From: the human T2T-CHM13v2.0 reference genome, Homo sapiens
NCBI RefSeq assembly: GCF_009914755.1
Contig: NC_060937.1
Direction: 5' to 3' (one strand)
Length of the DNA stretch: 64,000 nucleotides
Under the pieces are notes generated by a model. The model had not been told where the DNA came from, did not search any database, and saw only the letters and a list, made by a program, of their open reading frames with translations. The number at the start of each line of letters is the position of its first letter. The first letter of the stretch is position 1. This document shows, one piece after another, positions 14,446-28,596 of the stretch. Position numbers and translations under genes: made by a program.

Positions 14446-16529
14446 AGAACAGAATTTAAAGAACATCTATTTTAAATCATTTTTTTGTTTTCCAATTAGT
14501 CAAAGCCACTTACCAAAAAGTCCTCATTTTTCACAGCTCAAAACAATTATTCAAGTATAGGCATTACAAATACTATGTAAGCACAAGAAAGTCAATAAAG
14601 TTCCTTTATTCTAAGGAAATCTTAAGGAATCTGAGGGATAAATATTTTCGTTATATCTAAGGAATAAATATTTTCTAAGGAAATCCTTAGAATAAAACAT
14701 GGCATTATTTAAGTACGATCTTTATCTCAGTAATTTACATTTTGACATAGAGTCCAAGAATATATGAGACAAAATTTTCAAATGTTTAAATTAGTAATGC
14801 ACTTTAAAATTATAAAATAATTCTGATTGCTGAAGCTTAGAAAACAGTAACATAGTCTTTTTCATCTGAAAAAAGAAGAAACTACTGTAATTTGTTTTCT
14901 CAATCTTTTTTATTAATGTGAAGATGCATATATATACACACACACTACATGCATATAATTTGTGAATCTCATATATAAAAATATATTTAATGTGAAATTG
15001 TAGCTACTTTGCTGTTCTTTGACTTTCCAGTATTTATTTTACATCTGGCATGTTTATTATCAAGTGAGATTATATAAAAATATATATAGTGATAGTTTTA
15101 GAAAGAGCAATTTTTAAGTATTTTAACCGTCTAGGATAGTTTATATGGCGTGAAATTTATAAAGCATTGTGGATAATGTTTCCTAAAGGTAATTTTCAAA
15201 CTTTTTCAATTTCTTTCATGTTTATTTATCTGTCATGGTTACTTTGCGTCAATTTTGATAGTTCATATTCTCTAAAAATAGCTTGTTTATAGGATTAGAT
15301 TATTATAGAGTTGTGTATAATATTGTCTCATTTTAAAACCCTTAATTTGTCTAGATTCTCTTCCTCATTGTTAACATTTTATTTCTATTTTATCTTTATT
15401 TTCATCCTTGATTAGACTTGAAAGGTTTTTTAGTTTTATTTGTATTATCAAAGATACAACTCTTGAACATATCAGTACCTATTCTGTTTGTTAGTGAATT
15501 GGTATCTTTATTTATGTGAATTCTTCATCTTTCGTTTAATTTTCTTTTACTATTCTCTTTGTAACAATATTGAATTGAATGCCACTTTACTCAGTTAAAT
15601 TGAGTAAAATATTCTTAAAAATAAAACACTTACTGCTCTAAATGTATTCTTAAAAATAAAACACTTACTGATCTAAATTTCCATTTGATAATAGCTTTAG
15701 CCAATTCTCTTATGTACGTATTTTGTAATTGCATTTTATATTATCTTTTGTACTTAAATTACTTGAGTGCTTTTTTGCTGTGTTTTGTTTTAGTTTTGTT
15801 TGATACATTTTATAGAGTACTTTTATAACTTATTTTTCATTATATTAAGTTCAACAATGTGATCTTTAGAAAGTTTTTTTTTCAATTGTTTTCCTTGTGT
15901 CTTACTATATAGACTTTTTTTTTTTTTTTGCAAATGTTAGTATTGGATAACCATGCTTAATCGCTATTTTAATGTATTTTTCCCTATTTAAAAGTCATCA
16001 AATGAGACATGTATGTTTTACAAATGTTTCTAATTATTTTGCTTTAAATATTTTGTTATTATGTCTGTAGGCACAGAAAGTTCATAAACACATTTCACTA
16101 GACATTCATCACTAAACTAGGAAAAATATGACATTCTTTGTCGTTATAAAGTGCAATTATTGGTTTATATTTGTTGAGGTTTTTGTTATTGTTTTATTGT
16201 GATTTTGAATGTATTTTGTTTGGCTTTCTAGTAATCTCTATACATACTAGCATGCTTGTCTGATATATCTTTGTCCATTATTTTAATTTTTTAAATTTTT
16301 TTCCATAATTTTTCTTTATACTTTTCTCTGTATCACATTCTTTATCTAAGAGTTTCACAATGATTGAAAAGGACAACCCAACTCACTTGCTCTTACTGTC
16401 AGCTCTGAGTGCTTGTCCCTACTTTCGTCATCGCCTAATCACATTTTTAAATATCTGAAAATGTTTCTTTACCATTCCTTTTGTTTTCTGTCATTTGCAA
16501 TATGAGCATATTTATTTATTTATTTATGC

Positions 16530-16912
<383 letters not shown>

Positions 16913-17626
16913 TGAAATTCATGCTGTTATTAATTCTATTAGAACTTATCCTTTAAAAAATCGCACACACTTGAACTTATATTTGTCTACTTAATGAAGA
17001 TCATTAATGAGAAAATTGATGAAGTTTTACTTTCTTCAACAAATCCCTCACCACTTTTTGGCTACAATCAGATGTTTCAAATCTATTTATTTTCAAATTA
17101 TTAACATTTCATATATTCCCTCCATCCCATTTTGTTTTATTTCTGTCTTATTTGGGGGTGATTGGGTTGTATTGAACAGAAATTCACTGGAGCTAATTTA
17201 GGCAAACAAAATAAAAACGGGGGATGGCAGGAATATTAGAAACATCCAAGTCTATTTTATGAAATCCAAGGGCAGAGTTATTTTTGCTCCAACATGAAGA
17301 GCAAAATTAAGGTATTGTATGGCCATGAGAAAGGAGTGCTCCACCTCGGTGGAGAGGTGTGATTCATCCCTGCTTCCTGCCACGTGCCTCCCTCGCCATC
17401 TCCCACTTGGCAGGCAAGGCCTTGCTGCTTTCCATCCATATCCGCCATACAGCAGGGAAGACTGGAATTGTGGATTTGCTGGGTCCCAGCGACACACCCC
17501 TGGGGGAACAAGTCCAGTTGGCTTGCTTCTCTTGTCCATGCCAGTCCAACCCTCCATGCCAGGGAGGGATTCTCACAGCTGGCAGTGCACACGTTGGTCT
17601 ACTCTCCTTGAAAGAAAAATCTGAAC

Positions 17627-18497
17627 ATTAAAAAGTTAGGAAACAACAGATGCTAGAGAGGATGTGGGGAAATAGGAACACTTTTATACTGTTGGCGGGA
17701 ATGTAAATTAGTTCACCCATTGTGAAAGATAGTGTGGCTATTCCTTAAGGATCTAGAACTAGAAATACCATTTGACTCAGCAATCCCATTACTGGGTATA
17801 TACCCAAAGGATCATAAATCATTCTACTATAAAGACACATGCACATGTATGTTTATTGCGGCACTGTTCACAATAGCAAAGATGTGGAACCAACCCAAAT
17901 GGCCCTCAGTGATAGGCTGGATAAAGAAAATGTCGCACATATACACCATGGAATACTATGCAGCCATAAAAAAGGATGAGTTCATGTCCTTTGCAGGGAC
18001 ATGGATGAAGCTGGAAACCATCATTCACAGCAAACTAACACAGGACCAGAAAACCAAACAACGCATGTTCTCACTCATAAGTGGAAGTTGAACAATGAGA
18101 ACACATGGGCACAGAGAGGGTAGCTTCACACACCAGGGCCTGTCGAGGGGAGGAGGGCTGGGGGAGGGATAGCATTAGGAGAAATACCTAATGTAGATGA
18201 CGTTTTTCCAACAAATTTTTCCAACTTTACCACTGTCTGGTTTCAACACCACTTGCATATTTTCTATTTTCTTTTTCTTTTTTTTTTAATTTTCTTTTTG
18301 AGACAGAGTCTCACTCTGTTGCCGGGCTGGAGTGCAGTGGCATGATCATGGCTCACGGCAACCTCTGCCTCTCAGGTTCAAGGTTCAGGTGGTTGATGGG
18401 TGCAGCAAACCACCATGGCACGTATATATCTATGTAACAAACCTGCACGTTCTGCACATGTACCCCAGAACTTAAAAGTGTAATAAAAAAAAAAAAG
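17627..18497 (+). mobile_element. 5'-truncated L1PA (L1PA7/8-like) carrying a 188-bp foreign insert
   Basis: Track ORF 17732..18091 is the ORF2 C-terminus (WNQPK...YTMEYYAAIKK...MFSLISGS); 3'UTR and poly-A present; approximate TSD aaaga(a/g)aaatctga. Confidence 0.95.
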
Positions 18498-19144
18498 AGA
18501 AATCTGACATCCGTGTTTTTCTTCTCAGACAAATATATTTCTCCCTGTTGTAGCTGGTAGGATATTTTATTTATTCACAAAATTCAAGAACGTTAGAAGT
18601 TGATCTAATTTCTTTAATTTTGCCTGAACGGAGAAAACCATTTTAATGCGCCGATGGAAAGGTAGTCCCTATTGCTTTATTTCCTCCTTCAGTTTTGCTT
18701 TGTGTGTTTCAGTTTATTACATTCCCTCTGATCATTTTTATATTCTTAGTCTCTGCCTTGGACTTAGTCTCTGTTTTCCGGAGAGCTCTTCAAGACTGTC
18801 CTCCACTTTGCTTTTCTAGGTCCCTATGATTGAAACTGTATGTGTATAACATATTTGCATGTTTTCCTTTTGCAATTTTTCCCCATTGCATTGCAATATT
18901 TTCTTTTTCTATCTAAATTCATTTTCATGTTTTCCTGCATCCTAGCTAAATTCCGTTTCACTCTTCTTCCCTAGTTTAAAGGGCCTTTTTGTCCTCAAAT
19001 TGTATTGAGAGCTGATGCTATCTAAAACTACTCCTGTAGTAATTTGTCTCAAATATATGCTATTATTTTGTTTCTGAATTCCTGTTTTCCTTTTTTATGT
19101 CAAGTATATTTTATTAGCATCCATATTTAATTTTCTGTGTTTTA

Positions 19145-19617
19145 TAGGTTACACTGAGTCTCCAAAACGATATGTTAAAGTCTCAACCCCGAATACCTCA
19201 GAATGGGACCTTATTTGGAAATAGGGTCTTTACAGAGATAACCAAGTAAGAATGAGGTCATTAGGGGTTCCTTAATCCAGTAAGACATATGTCCTAATAA
19301 AAAAGAAAAGATGTGGACACAAAGACAGGGAAACACAGAGGGAAGATGATGTCAGAGACATACAGAGAAGGCCGTGTGACAGCAGAGGATTAGAGCAGCG
19401 CAACTACAGGTCAAGGAGTGCCAAAGATTGCTGACCACCTCCAGAGGCTGAGAGGCCTCCAGAACAGATGCCCCGCATAGCCTCAGGGGAACCTATCCTG
19501 CTGACATCTTGACCTCAGGCTTCTAGCCCTCCAGAACTATAAGAAAATACATGTCTACTTGGTTAATCTATCTAGTTTGTGGTACTTTGTTACAATGGTG
19601 CTGGGAAACGAATATAC
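19145..19617 (+). mobile_element. MLT1 (MaLR) LTR
   Basis: gaatacctcagaatgggaccttatttggaaatagggtctttacaga...ttctagccctccagaactataagaaaata. Confidence 0.85.
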
Positions 19618-20204
19618 TGCATATTCATCTTAGAACAGAGATGTTTATCTATTTGCCTCCAGAACAGTGCGTGTTATTCCCCCCACCCCCGCCCCTCCCT
19701 GCATGCCTCTCTCTCTCTCTTTCTATTTTTGACACCTCACTTCCCCTGTGGATACTATTCAGAGTGCTGAGAGATCTAGTGTTCTGGGTTATCCTACTCC
19801 AGTTAGTTCTCTTCCTCTGAGTTTCTGTCTGTGTTACATTTCATATTAGAGATGATGGGGTCTTATTTGTACCCATCAATATCACCAATATTGAGGTCCT
19901 ATGTTGCCCTCTTTCTCCAATAACTCTTTTGTTTGACTAGCATAAAACTTTAAATACTTTTTCAGATGGGATATATGAAACATAAACTTTCCACCATGTA
20001 TATATTTATTTATTTTTTTAAATTAGCTTTTAAAAAACTTAGTTCTCTTATTCAAAAGATATTTTGCCTAGGTATAGGATTCCAGATTCACAATCTCCTT
20101 TTGCATTTCACTATAAGCAGCAAGAATCAATCAGGTTATACCTTCAACACTTTGCTGAGCAGTCTCCTCAGCTAAGTAGCTGAGTTTATCACTTACAATG
20201 TCCA

Positions 20205-20561
20205 CTTCTTTCTGGAGTTTCATTTACCTGTGGCCAACCACAGTCCAAAAATGTTAGATGCAAAATTCCAGAAATAAACAATCCATGAATTCTAAATTAC
20301 ATGCTGTTCTGAGTAGTGCGAAAAAAGATCTTATGCCATCCTGCTCCATTTTGGCCAGGAAGTGAATCATCCATTAGTCCAGCATGTCCACACTGTATAT
20401 ACCAACCTCCTGTTAGTCACTTAGTAGCTGTTTTGGTTATCAGACTGAAAAAATATAGTATACAAAGGGCTTGGTACTAACTATACATAGCGTTTGACGG
20501 GGTTTAGTATCCACCGGGGGATGCTGTAATGTATCCCACACAGATGAGAGGGGACTACTGT
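20205..20561 (+). mobile_element. MER44/Tigger7-type DNA transposon remnant
   Basis: ccacagtccaaaaatgtt...aaaattccagaaataaacaa; ends in TIR gggggactactg followed by TA. Confidence 0.75.
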
Positions 20562-20668
20562 ATCTGTGAACTGCCTGTTCAAGGTGATCTGGACTTTTTC
20601 TATCATGCTCCACTAAATTTTTCCAACTTTACCACTGTCTGGTTTCAACACCACTTGCATATTTTCTA

Positions 20669-20968
<300 letters not shown>

Positions 20969-21026
20969 CATTTGCATATTTTCTAGGCAATTTTTACAAC
21001 AGCACTCTGCTTTTAGCATCACAATC

Positions 21027-21604
21027 TGTATTCATTTTCCCTTGCTGTTATAAAAAATTGTTACAGACATAGTAGCTTTAAATGATCCTTTTGTTATCTC
21101 ATAGTTCTGTAAGTCAGAAGTCTGGGATGATTTAACTGGTTTATCTACTCTGGGTTTCATGAGACTGAAATCAAGGTATGGGATTTGATTTTCCAAGCCC
21201 ATTCAGGAAATCAGCAGGATTTAATTCCATGTTGTTGCTATACTGATGTCCCCATTTTCTTGTCGGCCATTGGTTGGAAATTCTCAGCTTCTAGAGGTCA
21301 CCTGCATTTCCTGGCTCATGTCTCCTTCCTCCATCTTAAAATCCAGCAACTGTGGGCTGAGTGCTTCTCATGCTTCCCATCTCTCTGATCTCTTCTTCTG
21401 TCTCGTCTCTTTGACTGATTCTTCTGTCCTCTTCTTTCATGATTACATTGGGATCACCTGAATAATCCTGGGTAATCTCTTCATTTTAAAGTCATCTGAT
21501 GAGCAATCTTAGTTCCATGTGCAATGTCCCTTCTGCCACGTAATGTAGCATATTTACAGGCATAAACCAGAGAGAAGGTCACTGGGGTCAAACTCCTTCC
21601 ACCA
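21027..21604 (-). mobile_element. Old MLT1 LTR
   Basis: tgtattcattttcccttgctg...ttatctcatagttctgtaagtcagaagtctgg...gattacattgggatcacctgaataatcc. Confidence 0.7.
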
Positions 21605-22190
21605 CTTCAGGCCTTCCACCACTTCTACCTTTGTGTTCTTTTCTGTTGTGTCTTATTTTCTTCAAAATGCTTATATAGGATGGATCCTGGCTCTTCTACA
21701 TAATACTCTTCTCTCATCACCTTTAATTGTCAAGTCTCTCCAACAGGCAGAATTATCTGCAGGGTGAGGGGATGGGAAACAAGTAGGCCCATTGCAGCAA
21801 CCTTCCCAGTACTACCCAAAGGAGGTAAGATGAAGACTGATCCTGAGGCTCCTGACTTCCACCCCACACACTCATTCAATGTTTGTTGAAAGAAGAACCC
21901 TGGTTTTATGGAGTGAACAACACCACGCATACGTGGGAATGGAGACAGCCGGGCAGCTCAGATGCCTGCTTATCATTTTAATCTATCAGGTAATTCCTGG
22001 CCCTTTTTGTTCTCTTTCTCTCAGTAATTCCCCCAAACAAATCCTGATCACCCATGGGTCCTATGGGAAGAATGGTTCCCATTTCCTCTGCTCTTTTTAG
22101 AGCTTACTCTGAAGATTCTCAACTCTGGCCTCTGTCTTTTCTCTCATATACTTTTTTATTTTTATTTTTTAAAGTATCAATTCAGTTCTA

Positions 22191-22234
22191 TTAGGTTGGT
22201 GCAAAAGTAATTGTGGTTTCTGCCATTAAAAGTT
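22191..22234 (+). mobile_element. Half MADE1 element
   Basis: TA|ttaggttggtgcaaaagtaattgtggtttctgccattaaaagt. Confidence 0.85.
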
Positions 22235-25200
22235 ATAATAGCATCCCACTTTCCAGGCTTTATGGCTTCTGTGAGTATATCTCATTTTATGGTTTTTCAT
22301 TCAATCATAATAAGATTTACAGAGAGACGGGAGGTAAAATTTTGGCTTCAGATCATCAGCTTGAACCAGAATCTGCCACATCCATAACTTAAATGCAATG
22401 ATTTACTCATCACCAAGACAATTTATTTTTTTGCCATCATGTAAATCCAAATTTAGTGTTGCAGAAAATGATCTTCGAAGTTAGTATGTTGACTTTAATA
22501 TCTCTTCATTTTATATTTGCTATGATAGTGATTTCACATGAATGTTATCTATAATTTACTTAAAAATAACTTACAAAAAATTAAAAACATCATCAGGATC
22601 CAAATTTTGTCTATTATTTTTCTCAAAGGTAAAAAATTGTAAAATAATCTCTAGAGAATTTGCTAATTTTCTAGGGTTATTTATAATTTGGCAGGTAAAA
22701 CAATAAGAGAGGCCAATCTAAGAAACCTAGAAAAAAAAAGTTCAAATTATAGTGACCATCTGCAGAAAGAATTCTGCAAACTTTTGGATATCTATACATT
22801 TATAATTTTTATCATATCTTTTTAAAGTCAGGGCAAATTTTAAGTAATTAAGGAATACATTTATAAACAAGTAGTTTTTGGGAGTAATGGAGACAGATGT
22901 ATCAGATCTGTAATGATGAATAAAGGCTAGCATCATTACATCTAATATTAATAGAATTATATTACTCTTCTTCCAGTTGACATTAGTGAGAGTAAGGATG
23001 AGTCCTCCACTCTCTCCTATTCTCAATACCCAGCTGTATGTGGACAAGAAGCTCTACAAATGAACAATATATATTTGTTTAATGAGGGAAGGAAGCAAGG
23101 AATAATGAATGCGCTAATTCACTGAGTTATTAGAGGATGCTGCAATGAATTGAATGTAGTAGAACACAAAGCACCTAGATGTAGCCTAAGAGTAAAATGT
23201 AATGCAAGTACAAATAACAGGAAGGGAAGTGACACAAACTCTTAAGAAAAGGCCATACTGACCTGATTATGCAAAAGCCATTCAGAGCTGAAAGCTAACT
23301 GCACATTAGATGGAATATAGATTGCTCTAAAGACTGAAAAACGATACTAAATGAAATGAAAATCAAAGGCCCACATTAAAATGGCAAAGAAGTTAAACAG
23401 AGAATTTACTCATTCATTAAGATCATAAGCTAAGTTGAGGAATAAATTGGGCATTTGAAATGTCTTGAAGCTAAGCAGACAATTTCCTCAAGCAATATTC
23501 CTAAAGTTTTCCAGTATTTCACCAGGAGAACAAAGACTGTCTGCAGCCAAAGAGAATATAGTCTAAACAGAAATCTAACACACACTGCAAAATATCACAT
23601 TTCACATTGTTATTTTCCCCAAAATGGTCACACAGTAATTTTTTTAATTATGAAAAATGTATTCTAAGAAAACAGAGAAGAAAAAAATGGACAAAGAAAT
23701 GTACACTCACCAAATATATCATTTAATTTTCCTCCCCCTCTAATGAACCCTTAGAGGGTTGTCTTAGTGATCGTTGGACTTTATAGGATGGGGTACAGGA
23801 AAGTCACATGGATTCCCGGAGAAGAGGTCCGTGCTCTGTAGCTCAGTTGTTTGCATCTGCACCAACCATCCAAGCAAAGCAGGACTCAAAGCAGTGGGCA
23901 TTGTCAGGATTGAATGACTTGTGTCTTTCCTTCCTACTCTGATAAGTTACCAAGTACCAGGGACTCCAAGTGGAGACTGGCAGTCACCTGGGAAAGGAAT
24001 AAAAATTGCAACTCCTTTCTCTTTTATCACTATGAACTAACCAGTATGGCAAAATGCTTTTACTTTTCAGGTTAGATTACTCTCATAAATGGGAAGGGTG
24101 CCTAAGGAGTTTCATGAAGCACATTTAGGAATTTGGAATAATTTAAGTGTTCCACATGAATTTACGTTACAGGAGGGTGTAAACAAGTCGGATCTCTCAT
24201 AGATGTCTGTGTGTCTTCGTGTTGAGTGCTAGCTACCTCAGCACTGGTTTTATTCACATCATTGCTCAAGAAGCCATGTGAGGGGATTTGTGTGTTCCTT
24301 GTTGAGAACATTACCTATTATGTTCTCCTTATATTTATTTTTGTTATTTTCCTCTGTGAAATGGCACTGAGGGGTCCACATTTTGTAAATCAGTGTTACT
24401 GTTTAGTATATTGCCCACAGTTATTTTTACATTGGAAATCCTTGGTAACTACAACTCTGCAAAGGAAATATTCTAGAACACAGGAAACTATAGAAATAAT
24501 TCTGTGGCTGCAGTATCTCAACCCATAGGTTGTAATTGAAGAGACAGTATTGCTAATGCTTTGATCCATCAATGTATTTAGAGTACAAAGACCATTTCCT
24601 GCTTTTCTTTGTAAAAAGAAAACCAGACTTTCTGTGTAATGACAGAATGCATACAAAACTACCCCAATGTCTGTGTACACTCACGCATACACAGAACAAG
24701 CTAATGGCTTCAAGGCATGTAAACACCTCATAAATAGAGTTGACTTCCAAAATATGCCTTATTTTCAATACTTAGGGGAAAACTATTTTCCCAATTTGAT
24801 CTGCCAGTTTTTAAAATGTTAAATATTAAAATTAAAAGTTGTGATTTTAATCAAAATGTTTTTACTCAAAACAAATGCTAAAACTTAAATGAGTAATCCT
24901 CTGGCTCTGAAGAAACACAATGATATTTTAAAGCAAATGTATTAGAAAATGTTATAGAACAGATAAGAAAATCATTCTCAATATTATAAAGTCAATATTA
25001 AAATTTGCAAAAGGAATATTAGTTAGAATAATCTGTTACCTTTATTTTTCAGACTTGAATTGAATGGACTTCCAGTAATTTTAATATTTCCAGTAGAAAA
25101 TCAAATGAAAATAAAGTACTATAGCAATTTTCAAAAAGAAATTACGAAAGCATTGGAAACAGGGACATCTCTGAGAGCAGAAAGGTAGAGTTTGGGGGAT

Positions 25201-25974
25201 GGGGTGTAGCTTCATTTGAAGAGGATACTATTCATTAGAATTGCAGCATTCCATTGAAAAGAAAGCTGTAGTTATGCATATTTTTCACTGATTGATGGAA
25301 AATAGGTATTTAGTTCAGATTCTGGCATGTCAGTTGCCAAACAGAATAATGTCTCAGGTAGTATATTGTTTCTTCCCCTAGTTACAGGGCCAGGTAGAGT
25401 GGCATCATTATGATTTACTTCATCTGACGGCTCCTTGGATTATTTCTCTGTTTTGATTTCCAATTGTTGACCTCAGAGGTCATTGGTTTGCACCTATTTT
25501 TGAAGACACAAGAACCTATAAGGTTTCGACATAATGGAAAGGACTCTGATAATGCTCACTAAATAGTAAAAAAAAAAAATGAGTTTGAAATGATAAAGAT
25601 AAAATAACAAAATTAGTGATTTTTTTGAAAAATAACAGAATTTAACACTCAGTTGCAACTCTTACTTGAAAGACCTAGAAAATATTTATAATAAGAAAAG
25701 CAGTCATTCTTGTGATAGTTTAGATATTTCCTGTCTTGATGCAGATTACATTTTATTTCAAAAAATATATCTGAAAGTCTTGGAAGACCTATTAAACTGA
25801 GAAAATTTTTAAAAAATGTAAAAATCAGTTTTTGAAGTACATGTTTCCTAGAGGCGATGAAGAAGCTGATATGTTAGAAGCCGGGGTCCTAGGAGCTTCT
25901 CCACGACTTTCACAGTGTTGGCTGCATCAGTCACTCTACGCCATGTGAGTAGAACACATTCTTAAAATTCTTAA

Positions 25975-26284
25975 TTTTTTTTTTTTTTTGAGATGCAGTC
26001 TCACTCTGTTGCCCAGGCTGGAGTGCAGTGAGTGGTGCACTGTTGGCTCACTGCAACCTCTGCCTCCTGGGTTTAGGCAATTCTCTTGCCTCAGCCTCCA
26101 GAGTAGCTGGGATTACAGGCTTGTGCCACTATGCCTATTTTTTTTTTTTTTTTTTTGTATTTTTAGTAGAGACGGGGTTTCACCATATTGGCCAGGCTGG
26201 TCTTGAACTCCTGACCTCAGGTGTTCTGCCCACGTTGGCTTCCCAAAGTGCTGGGATTACAGGCATAAGCCACTGTATCCAGCC
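25975..26284 (-). mobile_element. AluSx-like
   Basis: Reverse Alu with cctgacctcaggtg and an expanded middle T-run. Confidence 0.93.
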
Positions 26285-26522
26285 AATTCTGTGTTCTTAT
26301 AAGAAATACAGATGCAGGAAAAGAAGAATGTGCATGACCGATGATGAGAGAGAGAGAGAGACAGAAAGGATTATGTATTGAATGAACAATTAGACATTAA
26401 GAAGCAACATAAAAGAGAAATAAGAAGGACCATGTAAAAAGTTTAAACACAAATATTTAAATAATTGACAAAATGATGTGAAACATTTTACTTATAAAAA
26501 TGAAATATTAATTATAATAACC

Positions 26523-27047
26523 TGTGGTAGCGCTCCTGACACGGGGCACCAGCTGTGGGGGTCTGACCCAAAGACCCTGACCCAAACGACGGATGAATAA
26601 CATGCACTGACACACAGATATTCTGCTTTGCCAGTCCAGCTGAGTGTGTCTGGGCCGCTTACAGACTCCCTGGAGAGTACTGTAAACAGTTGCGACCGCG
26701 GCCCTGACCAGCTAGTGAGACTCACATTAATTTGGTAAAGATTAATTGACAAAGGCTTGAGTCAACACCACTAGAGGGTAATTGACATTGTGGACTTCCC
26801 GAGAATAAAGCGCTTAAGCACCCGTGGTACATCAAAGGTTAGTCTTAGGACCACATGAGTAAACAAGCTAGCTAGCTAACTTCCTCACATTCCTTTGTTA
26901 CTACTCTAATTTATTTAACTAAAGGTAAAGATCAGGTTGCCTTTAACCATATCTATTACTGAAGTTATGCAAACTCTCAGGCCTTCCAAGAGGGTTTGTG
27001 GCTATCATAACTAATATTTTTCCCATCAGCCTGACTGAACCCCAACA
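26523..27047 (-). mobile_element. Solo ERVK LTR, LTR22 (HML-5)-like
   Basis: 525 bp, TG...CA ends, perfect 6-bp TSD ataacc (26517-22, 27048-53). Minus strand starts TGTTGGGGTTCAGTCAGGCTGATGGGAAAAATATTAG, as LTR22 does. Confidence 0.85.
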
Positions 27048-28302
27048 ATAACCTATGACTACAAAGGAGTAAGAAAATGAGCCATATAATATACTTCTGG
27101 TGAGAATCCATGTAGTTATAAACTTTTTGAATTTTTGGCAATAAATATCAAAAGGCTTAAGCTTTTGCATACCCTCTGACCTTTCCACTCCAATTCAAGT
27201 TTGTTTTAATGAAATCAATAGTAAGTACATGGAAATAAGTATGTTTATATATGTTCTTAGTAACATTTTTTATGTAGCAAAAAATAAAAAAGAAAAAATC
27301 CTATAATTAGTAAAACATTTGTGCAATTTACATTATGCTTATATGCTGTACTGTTAGTCATTAAACTAGGCTGTGAAAGCATATTTAATGGTTTGAAACA
27401 CTATTTATGGTATAAGATGACATTTTCCTCTTGGTGGTAGCTGAAGGTTTTCCTTATCTTCTTTTGGCTTATCTGCACTTACTAAATATTTTTAAATGAT
27501 TAAGCATAGATGTTTCAGTATAAATAATACAATAAATATGACTTTGCAGAAAGAATGCTTTGGCTTTTTAGGATATGTGAACAAAACGGCTAGAATTTTC
27601 AGAGACCGTTTTTTACTGTCTAGAATAGGCAGCACATGAACAGTAAGCAGGGTGTTAAACATGCGGATGGTTTGCAGTGCATCCTTATTACTAACAACAA
27701 CAACAAAGCAAGGATGGTTTGGGCTTTACTTAGCCACTTTCCAGAGGAGACCTGTAAGGAGATTCATGTAGGCATTGTTGGTCTCATTAATGGCAACACA
27801 TGTAGGGTAGTGGGCAGCTTTTGTTTAATTACCCCTTCTGGGAAAAGCACCCAGATGTGGTTTTGGGGAGCAGTCCTCCCCAGTTCAATGGATGCAGTTC
27901 AGGTGGGGCTAATCTAACCCCTCCCACATGCAGGAGGGGCCCCTGACTAACCCGACCGACCAGAGAATTCCATTCCTGGGTTACATGATTGCCCAAGTGT
28001 GGGCATGCAGCCCAAGTCAAGACATGAGACTCTAGCGCCACGTGTCTATGAAAATTAATGGAAATGAGGTGATAGCTTCCTGCTGCAATTTCTAAACAGA
28101 GAAGTTAAGACCTGTATCCCCTGCTGAAATAATCTAACAAACAGAAAAGTGGAGCTCAGAGATAGGGAGAAAGAGAGCTAAAGCTAGAGTTGGAGCTGGC
28201 ACTAGAGAGAGAGAGAGCTGTATTTATAAATCCATATTTATATTGAATCTCTCCATGTACATCTACCACCAATACATCTTTATATATCTCAACTTATATA
28301 CC

Positions 28303-28310
28303 TATCTATC

Positions 28311-28367
<57 letters not shown>

Positions 28368-28374
28368 AATCTAT
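28303..28374. repeat. (TATC)n tetranucleotide STR
   Basis: About 14 uninterrupted units plus degenerate flanks. Confidence 0.95.
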
Positions 28375-28596
28375 CGTTTTAATGAATAATATACCTTGAT
28401 GTTTATCTCTGGATTTTTCAGTTATATAAGCCAATGGAGTCTGTTTTTGTTTAACACAGTTTTTGTTTGATTTTTGCCACTTGCAAGAGTCCTGACCCAC
28501 ATGCATACTTTCCTCACATAGACATTGTGAAGATGTAATGAGATCATTCATCTTGAGCGCTTGGCTGATTGTCTTATACATAAAAAGTATTCAAAA

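Noticed and set aside
17732-18091. 119-aa ORF
   Set aside because: LINE-1 ORF2 C-terminal remnant of a truncated element.
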